Part shown: positions 48,781 through 56,794 of the stretch, in pieces
Position numbering within the stretch: the stretch's first letter is position 1
Layout of the letters: every line of letters starts with the position of its first letter
Source: Actinomycetes bacterium
GTDB taxonomy: Bacteria > Actinomycetota > Actinomycetes > Nanopelagicales > Nanopelagicaceae
Assembly (NCBI GenBank): GCA_037142435.1
Contig: JBAXAO010000002.1
Location: 730-64,729 of the forward strand
DNA: 64,000 bases
Direction: 5' to 3'
The notes under the pieces: model-generated
The model's database searches: none
What the model saw: only the letters and a program-made list of their open reading frames with translations
Told to the model about the DNA's origin: nothing
Translations under genes and position numbers: made by a program

Positions 48781-49863
48781 TTAGAGAGTTGCCGCAACGT
48801 CATTGACGGCAGCGACGATCGTTTCTAGATCAGCTTGTGAGAGCGATGGGTGAACAGGTAAGGAGACGCACTCTTTGGCCAAGAGTTCGGTCTCTGGAAG
48901 ATCCAAGGTGAGATTAAAGGAAGGCAAGCGATGAATAGGTGTTGGGTAATAAACGCCTGAGCCGACGCCCTTAGCCGTGAGTCCAGCCATAAACGCATCG
49001 CGCTTTTCGGAAGATCCACCAGGAATTCGGATGGTGTATTGGTGATAGGAATGTGTCGAACCTGGTGCCAGGTAAGGAGTAACAACTCCTTGCAAATTCT
49101 TATTCAAGAATTCGGCATTTGCCTGACGGGTTGAGGTCCAACCCGGAAGTTTGCGCAATTGCACGCGACCGATGGCGGCGTGAATATCGGTCATACGAGT
49201 GTTAAATCCAATGATCTCGTTCTTGTAGCGAATCTCTTGACCTTGGTTGCGCAGCAATCGAAGCGTGCGTGCGACCTCGGCATCATCAGTAACAACCATG
49301 CCACCCTCACCAGCAGTCATATTCTTGGTGGGGTAGAAGGAGAAGGAAGCGACAACTCCAAATTCGCCAGCGTTGCGTCCGTTGAGGGAAGCCAAGTGAC
49401 CTTGAGCGGCATCTTCAATAATCTTGACGCCATATTTGGAGGAGATCTCATCAAAGCGATCCATGGCGGCAATGTGTCCATACAAGTGGACAGGCATAAT
49501 GGCAGTGGTCTTTTTGGTGATCAGGGTTTCAACATGATCTGGATCCAAGTTAAAAGTTCGTGGATCGATATCGGCGAAAATTGGGATGGCGCCGGCAAGT
49601 GCAACCGAGTTAGCAGTCGCTGCAAAAGAGAAAGAAGGAACAATCACTTCATCGCCTGGTTTGATGCCGGCGGCAATAAAGCCAAGGTGCAAAGCGGAGG
49701 TTCCAGAGTTCATAGCAACACAGTGACGTCCACCAACGTGAGCTGAGAATTCTTCTTCAAATGCTGCAACCTCTGGGCCCTGGGCCAACATTCCCGATCG
49801 GAGAACTCGATCTACTGCTTCGCGCTCTTCATCGCCAATAATCGGTTTAGCGGCTGGAATCAT
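48781..49863 (-). CDS. DegT/DnrJ/EryC1-family sugar aminotransferase (WbpE-like)
   Basis: Family-typical N-terminus (IPAAKPIIGDEE...) and SFYPTKNMTAGEGG PLP-Lys motif. Confidence 0.85.
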   Translation of the reverse strand: MIPAAKPIIGDEEREAVDRVLRSGMLAQGPEVAAFEEEFSAHVGGRHCVAMNSGTSALHLGFIAAGIKPGDEVIVPSFSFAATANSVALAGAIPIFADIDPRTFNLDPDHVETLITKKTTAIMPVHLYGHIAAMDRFDEISSKYGVKIIEDAAQGHLASLNGRNAGEFGVVASFSFYPTKNMTAGEGGMVVTDDAEVARTLRLLRNQGQEIRYKNEIIGFNTRMTDIHAAIGRVQLRKLPGWTSTRQANAEFLNKNLQGVVTPYLAPGSTHSYHQYTIRIPGGSSEKRDAFMAGLTAKGVGSGVYYPTPIHRLPSFNLTLDLPETELLAKECVSLPVHPSLSQADLETIVAAVNDVAATL

Positions 49864-50474
49864 TATTGATCACTCTCTTCGACTAGGTGGTCTGGTGAAA
49901 TTTCGATATAAATGGAATGCGTGATGGGGCATTCAAATTTTGAATTACCGATGTCGGTTAATGGGACTCCGGATTTTCCTACCCAACGAATGCGCTTCGC
50001 CGGTACGCCAGCGACCAGAGCGAATTCAGGGACATCTTTAGTAACAACGGCACCTGCGGCGACCAACGCCCAAGCTCCGACCTTGACCGGAGCAATGCAG
50101 ACAGCGCGGGCGCCAATGCTGGCACCGTCGCCAATCTGCACGCCAACGGCATGCCAATCGCTGGCGGATTTCAAGGTGCCATCGGGATTAACCGATCGGG
50201 GATATTCGTCATTGGTAAGCACAGCAGCGGGGCCGATAAAGACACCGTTACCCAAAATGGCCGGCTCGTACACAAGTGCGTAATTTTGAACTTTGCAGTT
50301 GTCGCCTAATTTGGCACCGGAGCCAATGTAGGCACCGCGGCCAATGATGCAGTTCTTGCCTAGGACGGCCTGATCGCGAACCTGCGAGAGATGCCAGATC
50401 GATGAACCTTCGCCGATGACGGCGGTGGGGTCAACATCTGCTGTTGGGGCGATGCGCACGGGACCTGAGGACAC
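49863..50474 (-). CDS. left-handed beta-helix N-acetyltransferase (WbpD-like)
   Basis: Hexapeptide repeats throughout (IGEGSSIWH..., IGRGAYIGSGAKLGDNCKVQN...). It lies directly upstream of the aminotransferase. Confidence 0.75.
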   Translation of the reverse strand: MSSGPVRIAPTADVDPTAVIGEGSSIWHLSQVRDQAVLGKNCIIGRGAYIGSGAKLGDNCKVQNYALVYEPAILGNGVFIGPAAVLTNDEYPRSVNPDGTLKSASDWHAVGVQIGDGASIGARAVCIAPVKVGAWALVAAGAVVTKDVPEFALVAGVPAKRIRWVGKSGVPLTDIGNSKFECPITHSIYIEISPDHLVEESDQ

Positions 50475-50512
50475 CGCGCAAGCCTACCTTGAGGCGAGTA
50501 AGGCCTCTTTAT

Positions 50513-51589
50513 TCAGGCGCGTAATAGGCGTGTGACGGCGCTCGCGAAGGCTTGATATTCACCGGCTCCGTCGAAGTTCTTCTCGGCCCAGCCTGAAGCA
50601 TTTTCGCGCATCTGATCTAATTCCGATGGGTTATGTAGCCAGTGCTGAAGCAACTGCGCCGCAGACGCTGCTGTATCAGCACAAGCCCCTGCCTGGCTTT
50701 CTGCCAATAACGCTTGACTGCGCGGCAAGGGCGTCGAGAGAGTGGCTAGCCCCACGGCCATGTATTCATACAACTTGCTGGGGATAGCGGCCTGGAAAGC
50801 AGGTGTGGCTTCCAGCAGTGAAAGACCAACCCATGCCCCCTCGGCAAAGGCCCAAGAAGCAGATGGCGCCAATTTTCCGTGGAAGTTCACGCGGTTGGCG
50901 GCCGGGCTGGTTGCCTGCCATTGTTCAACAAAATCAGCATCGAGTGGGGCTACCTGACCCACGATGTCGAAGATCCATTCCGGGCTGATGTCGGCGATCG
51001 CCAAGATCATGCGCAATCCGCGGGATGTGCGGACATCACCAATATAGATAGCGCGCGGTTGGGTATCGCGTGAACCGCTGGGGGTCAAAAGCGAGAGGTC
51101 GGGCAAGTTGCGAATGACCAGGCGCTGGCGCGCATCGAAAGGTGGCACCTGAGTATCTGCAACCGTGGTGAGATCACTTTTTGCAGCAACTGATGTCGCC
51201 ATTTTGGCCACAACTTTCGCTGCTTTTCCAATGAGACCTTTTGCCCAAGCGCGATCGCGCAAGAGTTCAACATAATCTTCGTGAACATCGGCGACAATCT
51301 TTTTTCGCCGTAGCGCCGCAATTATTTTGGTAGTGACCAACAGATCTGGCGCCACCACAATGATTACTTTTCCCTTGGCAACAAAGGGTAAGTACAGATC
51401 TCTAATGATGCGATCGGCAAATCCCAGGCCACCTGGTGCCTTGTGAAAGATTGCGCCGGCAGGTGCGTCAGCAGAATTTCCTAAAGCACGAATTTCTAGA
51501 GAGAGTCCATTGCGAAGCAGAGCACCAGAGAGACGATGCAAACGCGCATCAGTGACGTTATCAGCCGATGAGATCAGCGAAACATCCAT
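50513..51589 (-). CDS. GT-B fold glycosyltransferase (GT4-like)
   Basis: C-terminal PSKLYEYMAVGLATLST motif. N-terminal Rossmann-like domain. Confidence 0.6.
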   Translation of the reverse strand: MDVSLISSADNVTDARLHRLSGALLRNGLSLEIRALGNSADAPAGAIFHKAPGGLGFADRIIRDLYLPFVAKGKVIIVVAPDLLVTTKIIAALRRKKIVADVHEDYVELLRDRAWAKGLIGKAAKVVAKMATSVAAKSDLTTVADTQVPPFDARQRLVIRNLPDLSLLTPSGSRDTQPRAIYIGDVRTSRGLRMILAIADISPEWIFDIVGQVAPLDADFVEQWQATSPAANRVNFHGKLAPSASWAFAEGAWVGLSLLEATPAFQAAIPSKLYEYMAVGLATLSTPLPRSQALLAESQAGACADTAASAAQLLQHWLHNPSELDQMRENASGWAEKNFDGAGEYQAFASAVTRLLRA

Positions 51590-51591
51590 GG

Positions 51592-52371
51592 TTACATATC
51601 CTCAAGGTTAGAAGGCAACGTGCCAACATCCAAAAACTTTAGATATTGATCAACGATGGCTTCTGGCTTTCCTTTCGCCAACATATTTCCTTTGTGCATC
51701 CAGATAGCCGAATCACATAAGTCATTAACAGTTTGCAGAGCGTGCGAGACAATAACAATCGTGCGAGCCTCGGCGCAGAGTTCGCGCATTCGATTGAAAG
51801 ATTTCTCTTTAAAAGATGCATCGCCGGCAGATAAGGCCTCATCCAATAACAAAATGTCGGGAGTCATATTTACGGCAACAGAGAAAGCTACGCGGCCATA
51901 CATACCAGAGGAATATGTCCGCACTGGCATATCGATAAAACCATCGGGAAGTGCTGCAAAATCAGCGATTTCTTCGGTCTTCTCTTCAATCTCGGCCCGG
52001 GTCATACCCGAAGCCAAACCGCCCAAAATAATGTTGTCGCGACCAGATAGCGCGGGGTTAAAGCCAACTCCGAGAGCAAGCAACGTCGAGATCTTTCCAT
52101 TGACGGTGATCTGACCTTCGGTAGGCGGCAAGATTCCGGCGATGGCGCGCATCAGTGTTGATTTACCCGCACCATTAGCGCCAACAATTCCCAAGACAGA
52201 TCCGTGTGGAACATCAAGGGTCAGGTGCTTAACCGCTTCGACAATTCGAGTACGAACCTTTTCACCTTTGCTGGCGCGCATGACCGCGTTCTTCAAGGTC
52301 TTCTTTGTATCGATGTTGATTTTGTATTTAATGGAAAGATCTTCGATGCGGATTGCGAGTTCTTCCGGCAT
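51592..52371 (-). CDS. polysaccharide/teichoic-acid-type ABC exporter ATP-binding protein (Wzt/TagH-like, no C-terminal carbohydrate-binding domain)
   Basis: Walker A GANGAGKST, signature YSSGM, Walker B LLLDEAL. The start is set at MPEELAI (52371) to avoid an 80-nt overlap with the permease gene. Confidence 0.85.
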   Translation of the reverse strand: MPEELAIRIEDLSIKYKINIDTKKTLKNAVMRASKGEKVRTRIVEAVKHLTLDVPHGSVLGIVGANGAGKSTLMRAIAGILPPTEGQITVNGKISTLLALGVGFNPALSGRDNIILGGLASGMTRAEIEEKTEEIADFAALPDGFIDMPVRTYSSGMYGRVAFSVAVNMTPDILLLDEALSAGDASFKEKSFNRMRELCAEARTIVIVSHALQTVNDLCDSAIWMHKGNMLAKGKPEAIVDQYLKFLDVGTLPSNLEDM

Positions 52372-52384
52372 CGGACTTTCGATA

Positions 52385-53269
52385 TTAGATGCGGACCGCA
52401 AAATCGCGCTCCCTTGATATGAAGAAATATCCACCGATGAGTACGGCAAGAAGTGCCCAGACAACCGAACCGACCAGCATTCCTAAACTTGGAGTTCTGC
52501 CTTCGATCCATACATCAGATGTTGCAGCCAGAGAAGGTCCCAGCGGATTGATATAAAGAAAAATCTTGTGCCAGCCATGAAGAATCTCTGGGCGCCACAA
52601 AACAGGGGATGAGTACAACCAGATGCGCGTGATGTAACTCAGCAATTTGTTGGTATCTCGGAAATAAACGTTCATGGTCGCAAAGAGCAGACCCATTCCG
52701 TAACCGGTGATGCCGACACACAAAAGAATGAAGGGCGCCCACAAATAGCTAAGTCGTAGCCCTGGTATTTGAGTGTGCGGGAAGAAGAGCTTTCCAATCA
52801 GGACAACAAAGATGTAAACCGGCAAGGTTGGCAAGAACTGCCAGAAAGCGCTGATCGAACTGGAGAGCGGCAGGAGCGCGCGGGGGAAGGCTTGATTGAG
52901 AATCAAGCGACCACCGGCTGTAATCGAGAGCGCGCCACCATTGATCGAGTTAGAGGCGAAGTAAAAGGTGAAAAGTCCGATCAAGATGTGGGCCAAGGTA
53001 CTGAGGCCAGTTTTCTCGGTGCTGCCACCTCGGATGACGGTGACCAAAAGGAAGTAGACAAAGGCCAAGAGCAGCGGGTTCATGACCAGCCAGACCTTGC
53101 CCAGCTTGGAATCTAGGTATTCGGCCTTGTCGGCAAAGCGCGAGAGCTCGATGGCAAAGGCGCGACGACGCCAGAACTCCTTGAGATAGGGAATTAACGG
53201 CGGCAGGGAAGCTCGGTGGGGCTTAAAAACCTGGATTGCCGGCGCAAAGTTTGTCTTGGGATTGGCCAT
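52385..53269 (-). CDS. ABC-2 type exporter permease (Wzm/TagG-like)
   Basis: Six TM helices, a charged N-terminus and family-typical size, immediately upstream of the ATPase. Confidence 0.8.
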   Translation of the reverse strand: MANPKTNFAPAIQVFKPHRASLPPLIPYLKEFWRRRAFAIELSRFADKAEYLDSKLGKVWLVMNPLLLAFVYFLLVTVIRGGSTEKTGLSTLAHILIGLFTFYFASNSINGGALSITAGGRLILNQAFPRALLPLSSSISAFWQFLPTLPVYIFVVLIGKLFFPHTQIPGLRLSYLWAPFILLCVGITGYGMGLLFATMNVYFRDTNKLLSYITRIWLYSSPVLWRPEILHGWHKIFLYINPLGPSLAATSDVWIEGRTPSLGMLVGSVVWALLAVLIGGYFFISRERDFAVRI

Positions 53270-53400
53270 GGTGGCCTAAGTCTGCCACCTACTGGCCTGT
53301 GGATTGCACAGAAGCGGCTCATTCACGCCCGCGCCTGTCAGTGCCGGGGAGAGCATTTGCCCCGCACCTCCCACATCATCAAAGAGAACGGAATATAGAT

Positions 53401-53739
53401 ATGAATAAATCCACCCGAGTACTTGCTATCGCCGCGTTGGTCAGCGGGTTGGCGTTGCCAACAGTGGCAGCCGAGGCATCTGGGATCACCCCTGCTGCCG
53501 CCTCGACCCCTGCCCAGACGGTGCCGGCGACTACGGCAACCGCCCCGACCACAGCCGGCGCACCTCTTTCTTCGGAAGCTGCGCCTGCTCCGGTTAAGAA
53601 AGTTGTCAAGCGGGCAAAGCGCACCACGGCCAAGACTGCCGCAAAGCGCAAGCGTGCATCTTCTGCCACCGCCAAAAAGGCAGCGATGAAGAAAGTTGCC
53701 ACGAAGAAGCGCGTTCGCCGCGTCAAGCCTCGTATTTAA
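53401..53739 (+). CDS. secreted protein: signal peptide, Ala/Pro/Thr linker, polybasic tail
   Basis: MNKSTRVLAIAALVSGLALPTVAAEA signal peptide. 22 of the last 48 residues are K/R and none are D/E (hand count). ATG 53401 is preferred over the tracked 53236. Confidence 0.6.
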   Translation: MNKSTRVLAIAALVSGLALPTVAAEASGITPAAASTPAQTVPATTATAPTTAGAPLSSEAAPAPVKKVVKRAKRTTAKTAAKRKRASSATAKKAAMKKVATKKRVRRVKPRI

Positions 53740-53759
53740 AAAGCGCGAGGGGTGACTCC

Positions 53760-53787
53760 GCAGGGCGCTCGCACGTGGGCGCCCTGC
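53760..53787 (+). terminator. candidate intrinsic terminator hairpin
   Basis: GCAGGGCGC-10 nt loop-GCGCCCTGC starts 21 nt after the stop of 53401..53739. The downstream T-tract is weak. Confidence 0.4.
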
Positions 53788-53940
53788 TCCTCACGGTTCT
53801 AACCCTTTTACACCTATTTCCTCACAACCACCTCAGATACGAGATGTTAAATAAAGCATCGAGACTTTTAAGTATGGGTTACCTTGTAATGAGTATTCTC
53901 AAGGAGTAACTTCCTAATGAAGAGAGAAGAGGACAGTTTC

Positions 53941-54285
53941 ATGGACATTGTTATCCACGCCCGTAACTCCCAACTCGCCGAAGATTTTCGAGATATCGTC
54001 CATGAAAAACTTCGCTCTCTTGATCGGTTCAGTGTTGTAGTTGAAGGAATCAAAGTCGAAGTTATGCACGAACCCAATCCCAGATTCGGAAAGACTGCAC
54101 ATACGGTGACATTAACTACCAATGGCAGTGGTCCATTTCTGCGCGCCGAAGGAAAAGCATTTAATGATCTCGCGGCCTTTGATGAGGCGGTAACGAGCCT
54201 TGAACTCCAATTACGAAAGGCGCACGAGCGCGCTAAAGATTATGGCCACGATTCACTGCGCACCAAGAATGTGGTTGGCGAATAA
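53941..54285 (+). CDS. hpf: ribosome hibernation factor, short HPF/RaiA (S30AE) type
   Basis: The MDIVIHARNSQLAEDFRDIVHEKL... pattern with beta-alpha-beta-beta-beta-alpha layout is like YfiA/HPF. There is no long C-terminal dimerisation domain. Confidence 0.75.
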   Translation: MDIVIHARNSQLAEDFRDIVHEKLRSLDRFSVVVEGIKVEVMHEPNPRFGKTAHTVTLTTNGSGPFLRAEGKAFNDLAAFDEAVTSLELQLRKAHERAKDYGHDSLRTKNVVGE

Positions 54286-54287
54286 CT

Positions 54288-55037
54288 TTAGAGAAATACT
54301 TTAGGTAGAGCCGCAAGTACATCGGTTGCGACTACCGGGAAACTTTTTGTTGCCGCAATTTTTCCTGCCGTACCGTGGGCTTTAACCGCGCGCATCGCAA
54401 CTTTTGCCGCCTCTTCAAAAGTAGTCGGCTTCCAGGCCGCCATCATTGACGCCATAAGTCCGGCCAAAATATCGCCAGTACCAGCAGTGGCTAGTTCCCG
54501 GCCACCAGTTTTCTCGACTTCGACCAAACCGTTTGGTGTGGCAATCACAGTGCCTGGACCCTTTAAAACTACGAGGACATTGAGCTCACTAGCCATCTTT
54601 AGCGCCGTTGCTTTGCGATCGGTTACGGGATAACCGAGTTTGGCGGCTTCGCCTTCATGTGGAGTCACTATGGTGATTCCTTCATGTGCGCTGTTGGCTA
54701 GCGTCATTGCCGAGCCATCGAGCACCAAGATGCCACCGGAGGGAAAGTGGGTGAGGTCTGGAGATCCTGACCCCAACACCCAAGCATCAACTTCGTGACC
54801 CACTAGATCAGTAATGGGTACAACATCGGGATAATTTTGAAGTACTAAATGAGTTGGAAAGTCATGTTGCGCTAAATACTTCACATACCCCGCGCCACCA
54901 CGCCTGGCTCCACCCACACATAAAACGGCAGCTCCCGGAAATTGCACCGAGCCCGCGACAACTCCTACAACGCCTTTCGAATACTTGTAAGCATCGACAG
55001 GGACTTCGGGAAAGTATGGATCTTCGGCCTTGGACAT
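54288..55037 (-). CDS. ADP-dependent NAD(P)H-hydrate dehydratase (YjeF C-terminal/carbohydrate kinase family)
   Basis: KGVVGVVAGS, VLKGPGTVIA and GTGDILAG motifs. Confidence 0.8.
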   Translation of the reverse strand: MSKAEDPYFPEVPVDAYKYSKGVVGVVAGSVQFPGAAVLCVGGARRGGAGYVKYLAQHDFPTHLVLQNYPDVVPITDLVGHEVDAWVLGSGSPDLTHFPSGGILVLDGSAMTLANSAHEGITIVTPHEGEAAKLGYPVTDRKATALKMASELNVLVVLKGPGTVIATPNGLVEVEKTGGRELATAGTGDILAGLMASMMAAWKPTTFEEAAKVAMRAVKAHGTAGKIAATKSFPVVATDVLAALPKVFL

Positions 55038-55070
55038 AGTTCAATCATAGGTAAGTCTTCTTGTGAAATG

Positions 55071-55102
55071 CAGAAGAGCCCGAGGTGAATCGGGCTCTTC
55101 TG
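55071..55102 (-). terminator. candidate intrinsic terminator for the Ala-rich protein gene
   Basis: A perfect 12-bp stem, CAGAAGAGCCCG / CGGGCTCTTCTG, with an 8-nt loop, lies 54 nt downstream of the stop at 55156. On the minus strand it is followed by CAUUUCAC. Confidence 0.5.
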
Positions 55103-55155
55103 ACTGAATGCGATCGTTGTAAGGGCAACTCTCGCAACTCTATGAGTCGGTGGAA

Positions 55156-55737
55156 TTACTTCGTTCCGACAGCAGCCTTAAAGATTGCTTGTGCTGCGGC
55201 AAGTCCTGCTTTGTAAGCATCACGTGCGGCGGTGACGGCAGCTTCGTGAGTAGCTTGTGCAGCATCATTTGCACTCTTGCGTGCGGTAGCTGCAGCAGCA
55301 ATTGCGGCTTTATGAGCATCCATTGCTGAAGTAACGGCAGTTTTCAGTGCGGCATTTGCAGCATCGATTGCAGCTTTTCCGGCTACCTTGTCAGTGTTTG
55401 CTTTAGCGGCGGTAACTGCAGTGGCGTGTGTCGCCTTGGCAGCAGCAACTGCTGCTTCACGAGCGCTCTTTGCAGCAGCGGCAGCGGCTTCAAATTTCAC
55501 TTTATTAGCGTCGGTTGCGGCGATACGTGCAGCCTTGGCATCGGCCACGGCCTTATCCAATGTTGCTTTGAGAGTGACTTTGGTGGCATCAAGAACAGCC
55601 TTGGCGGCAGTGCGGGCTGCGGAGTTTGCACCAGTTGCCTTAGGGGCAGGGGTGGTGTCGGCAGCGAAGACTGGGGTTGCGGTCAAGAGAAGACCGGTGG
55701 CAACTGCACCGATCAGGAGCTTGGCGGAGTTTTTCAT
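55156..55737 (-). CDS. secreted alanine-rich repetitive helical protein
   Basis: Signal peptide MKNSAKLLIGAVATGLLLTATPVFA. The protein has 75/193 Ala (hand count) and degenerate repeats such as KATHATAVTAAKAN / QATHEAAVTAARDA. There is no Cys. Confidence 0.7.
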   Translation of the reverse strand: MKNSAKLLIGAVATGLLLTATPVFAADTTPAPKATGANSAARTAAKAVLDATKVTLKATLDKAVADAKAARIAATDANKVKFEAAAAAAKSAREAAVAAAKATHATAVTAAKANTDKVAGKAAIDAANAALKTAVTSAMDAHKAAIAAAATARKSANDAAQATHEAAVTAARDAYKAGLAAAQAIFKAAVGTK

Positions 55738-56015
55738 TTCTTAATCCTTTGCACTAAGGGTGCCTGCAGGTGGCACCGGATTCCTACAAGAGGAAATGTG
55801 CCCTAGGCCATTGCGAAAGGTCATTGACGATTCTGTGAAAATTCATTGAACTCTCGCCTCAGCCAAACCCCACGATCTGCACAAAATTGACGAACAAATG
55901 GCAAATTTGCAGATTTTGAGCGCGAGCCAGCACTTAAGCCGAAAAATTTGTGAGCATTTTCAGCGTGAATTTTGCAACACAGGTCTATGGTAATCGGAAC
56001 GAGTTAGGGGAGCAC

Positions 56016-56186
56016 ATGCATTTCTTATCAATAGATCTCAACCACCCCGCCCACTACCTGCATTTTGGAGTCGTCTCGATTTCCGTCGGAAATCTGGTCA
56101 TGATCGCCTCGATAGTGGTTCTTTTTGTTCTGGCGCTGGCGCTGCCGTTTCCAAATCATCACGACGATGAGGGGTCTCACAAATGA
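56016..56186 (+). CDS. His-rich single-TM mini-protein (56 aa)
   Basis: MHFLSIDLNHPAHYLHF...TM...FPNHHDDEGSHK. GAGTTAGGGGAG lies upstream of ATG 56016, and there is ATGA overlap with the cytochrome b gene. Confidence 0.5.
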   Translation: MHFLSIDLNHPAHYLHFGVVSISVGNLVMIASIVVLFVLALALPFPNHHDDEGSHK

Positions 56187-56794
56187 GCAAACCAAAGATG
56201 TGGACCACGCGCGTTCGCGAAGCGACGCTTGAGAAATACGAACCAACCGATATTTTGCCCGACACTCAACCGGCATATGTTGCCTCTTGGATTTATGTAT
56301 TCGGCGTAGCAACCATCGCCTGCTTTGTGATGTTGGTAGCGACTGGCCTTTGGCTTTCCTTCGAAGGTCCAGCGTGGTGGCACACCTCCAGTGTTGGCCA
56401 CTACGCCAACTCTCTCCATCTGTGGAGCGTTGAACTCTTCTTCGTCTTCATGGTTGTGCACCTTTGGGGCAAGTTCTGGATGGCTGCATGGCGCGGAAAG
56501 CGCACCTCTACGTGGGTTACGGGTGTCATCGCCTTCATGGCCTCGATCATCACCGGCTTCACCGGTTATTTGATTCAGGGCAACTTCGATTCTCAATGGA
56601 TTGCAACCCAAGCAAAAGATGGCTTTAACGCCATGGGTATCGGTGCTTATTTCAATCCGCTAAATACCGGTCAAGCAATGTTGATTCACGTTGCGTTGAT
56701 GCCACTTGTTCTCGGAGGCATCGTTGTCTGGCATGTCATCTTGGTTCGCAAGCGCGGGGTAGTACCCCCCATCGAGGCAGGAGCAGACGAATGA
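56183..56794 (+). CDS. di-haem cytochrome b6-like protein (cytochrome b N-terminal domain only, 4 TM)
   Basis: The helix B His pair (SLHLW...VVHLW) has 13 intervening residues. The helix D His pair (IHVALMPLVLGGIVVWHV) has 14, which is b6-type spacing. Confidence 0.75.
   Translation: MSKPKMWTTRVREATLEKYEPTDILPDTQPAYVASWIYVFGVATIACFVMLVATGLWLSFEGPAWWHTSSVGHYANSLHLWSVELFFVFMVVHLWGKFWMAAWRGKRTSTWVTGVIAFMASIITGFTGYLIQGNFDSQWIATQAKDGFNAMGIGAYFNPLNTGQAMLIHVALMPLVLGGIVVWHVILVRKRGVVPPIEAGADE

Noticed and set aside
55156-55737. Interpreting the Ala-rich secreted protein as a type-I-antifreeze-like protein.
   Set aside because: By eye I could not find a regular 11-residue Thr periodicity. The recognisable repeat landmarks (His positions) are spaced irregularly (38 and 22 residues), so only 'Ala-rich helical repeat protein' is supportable.
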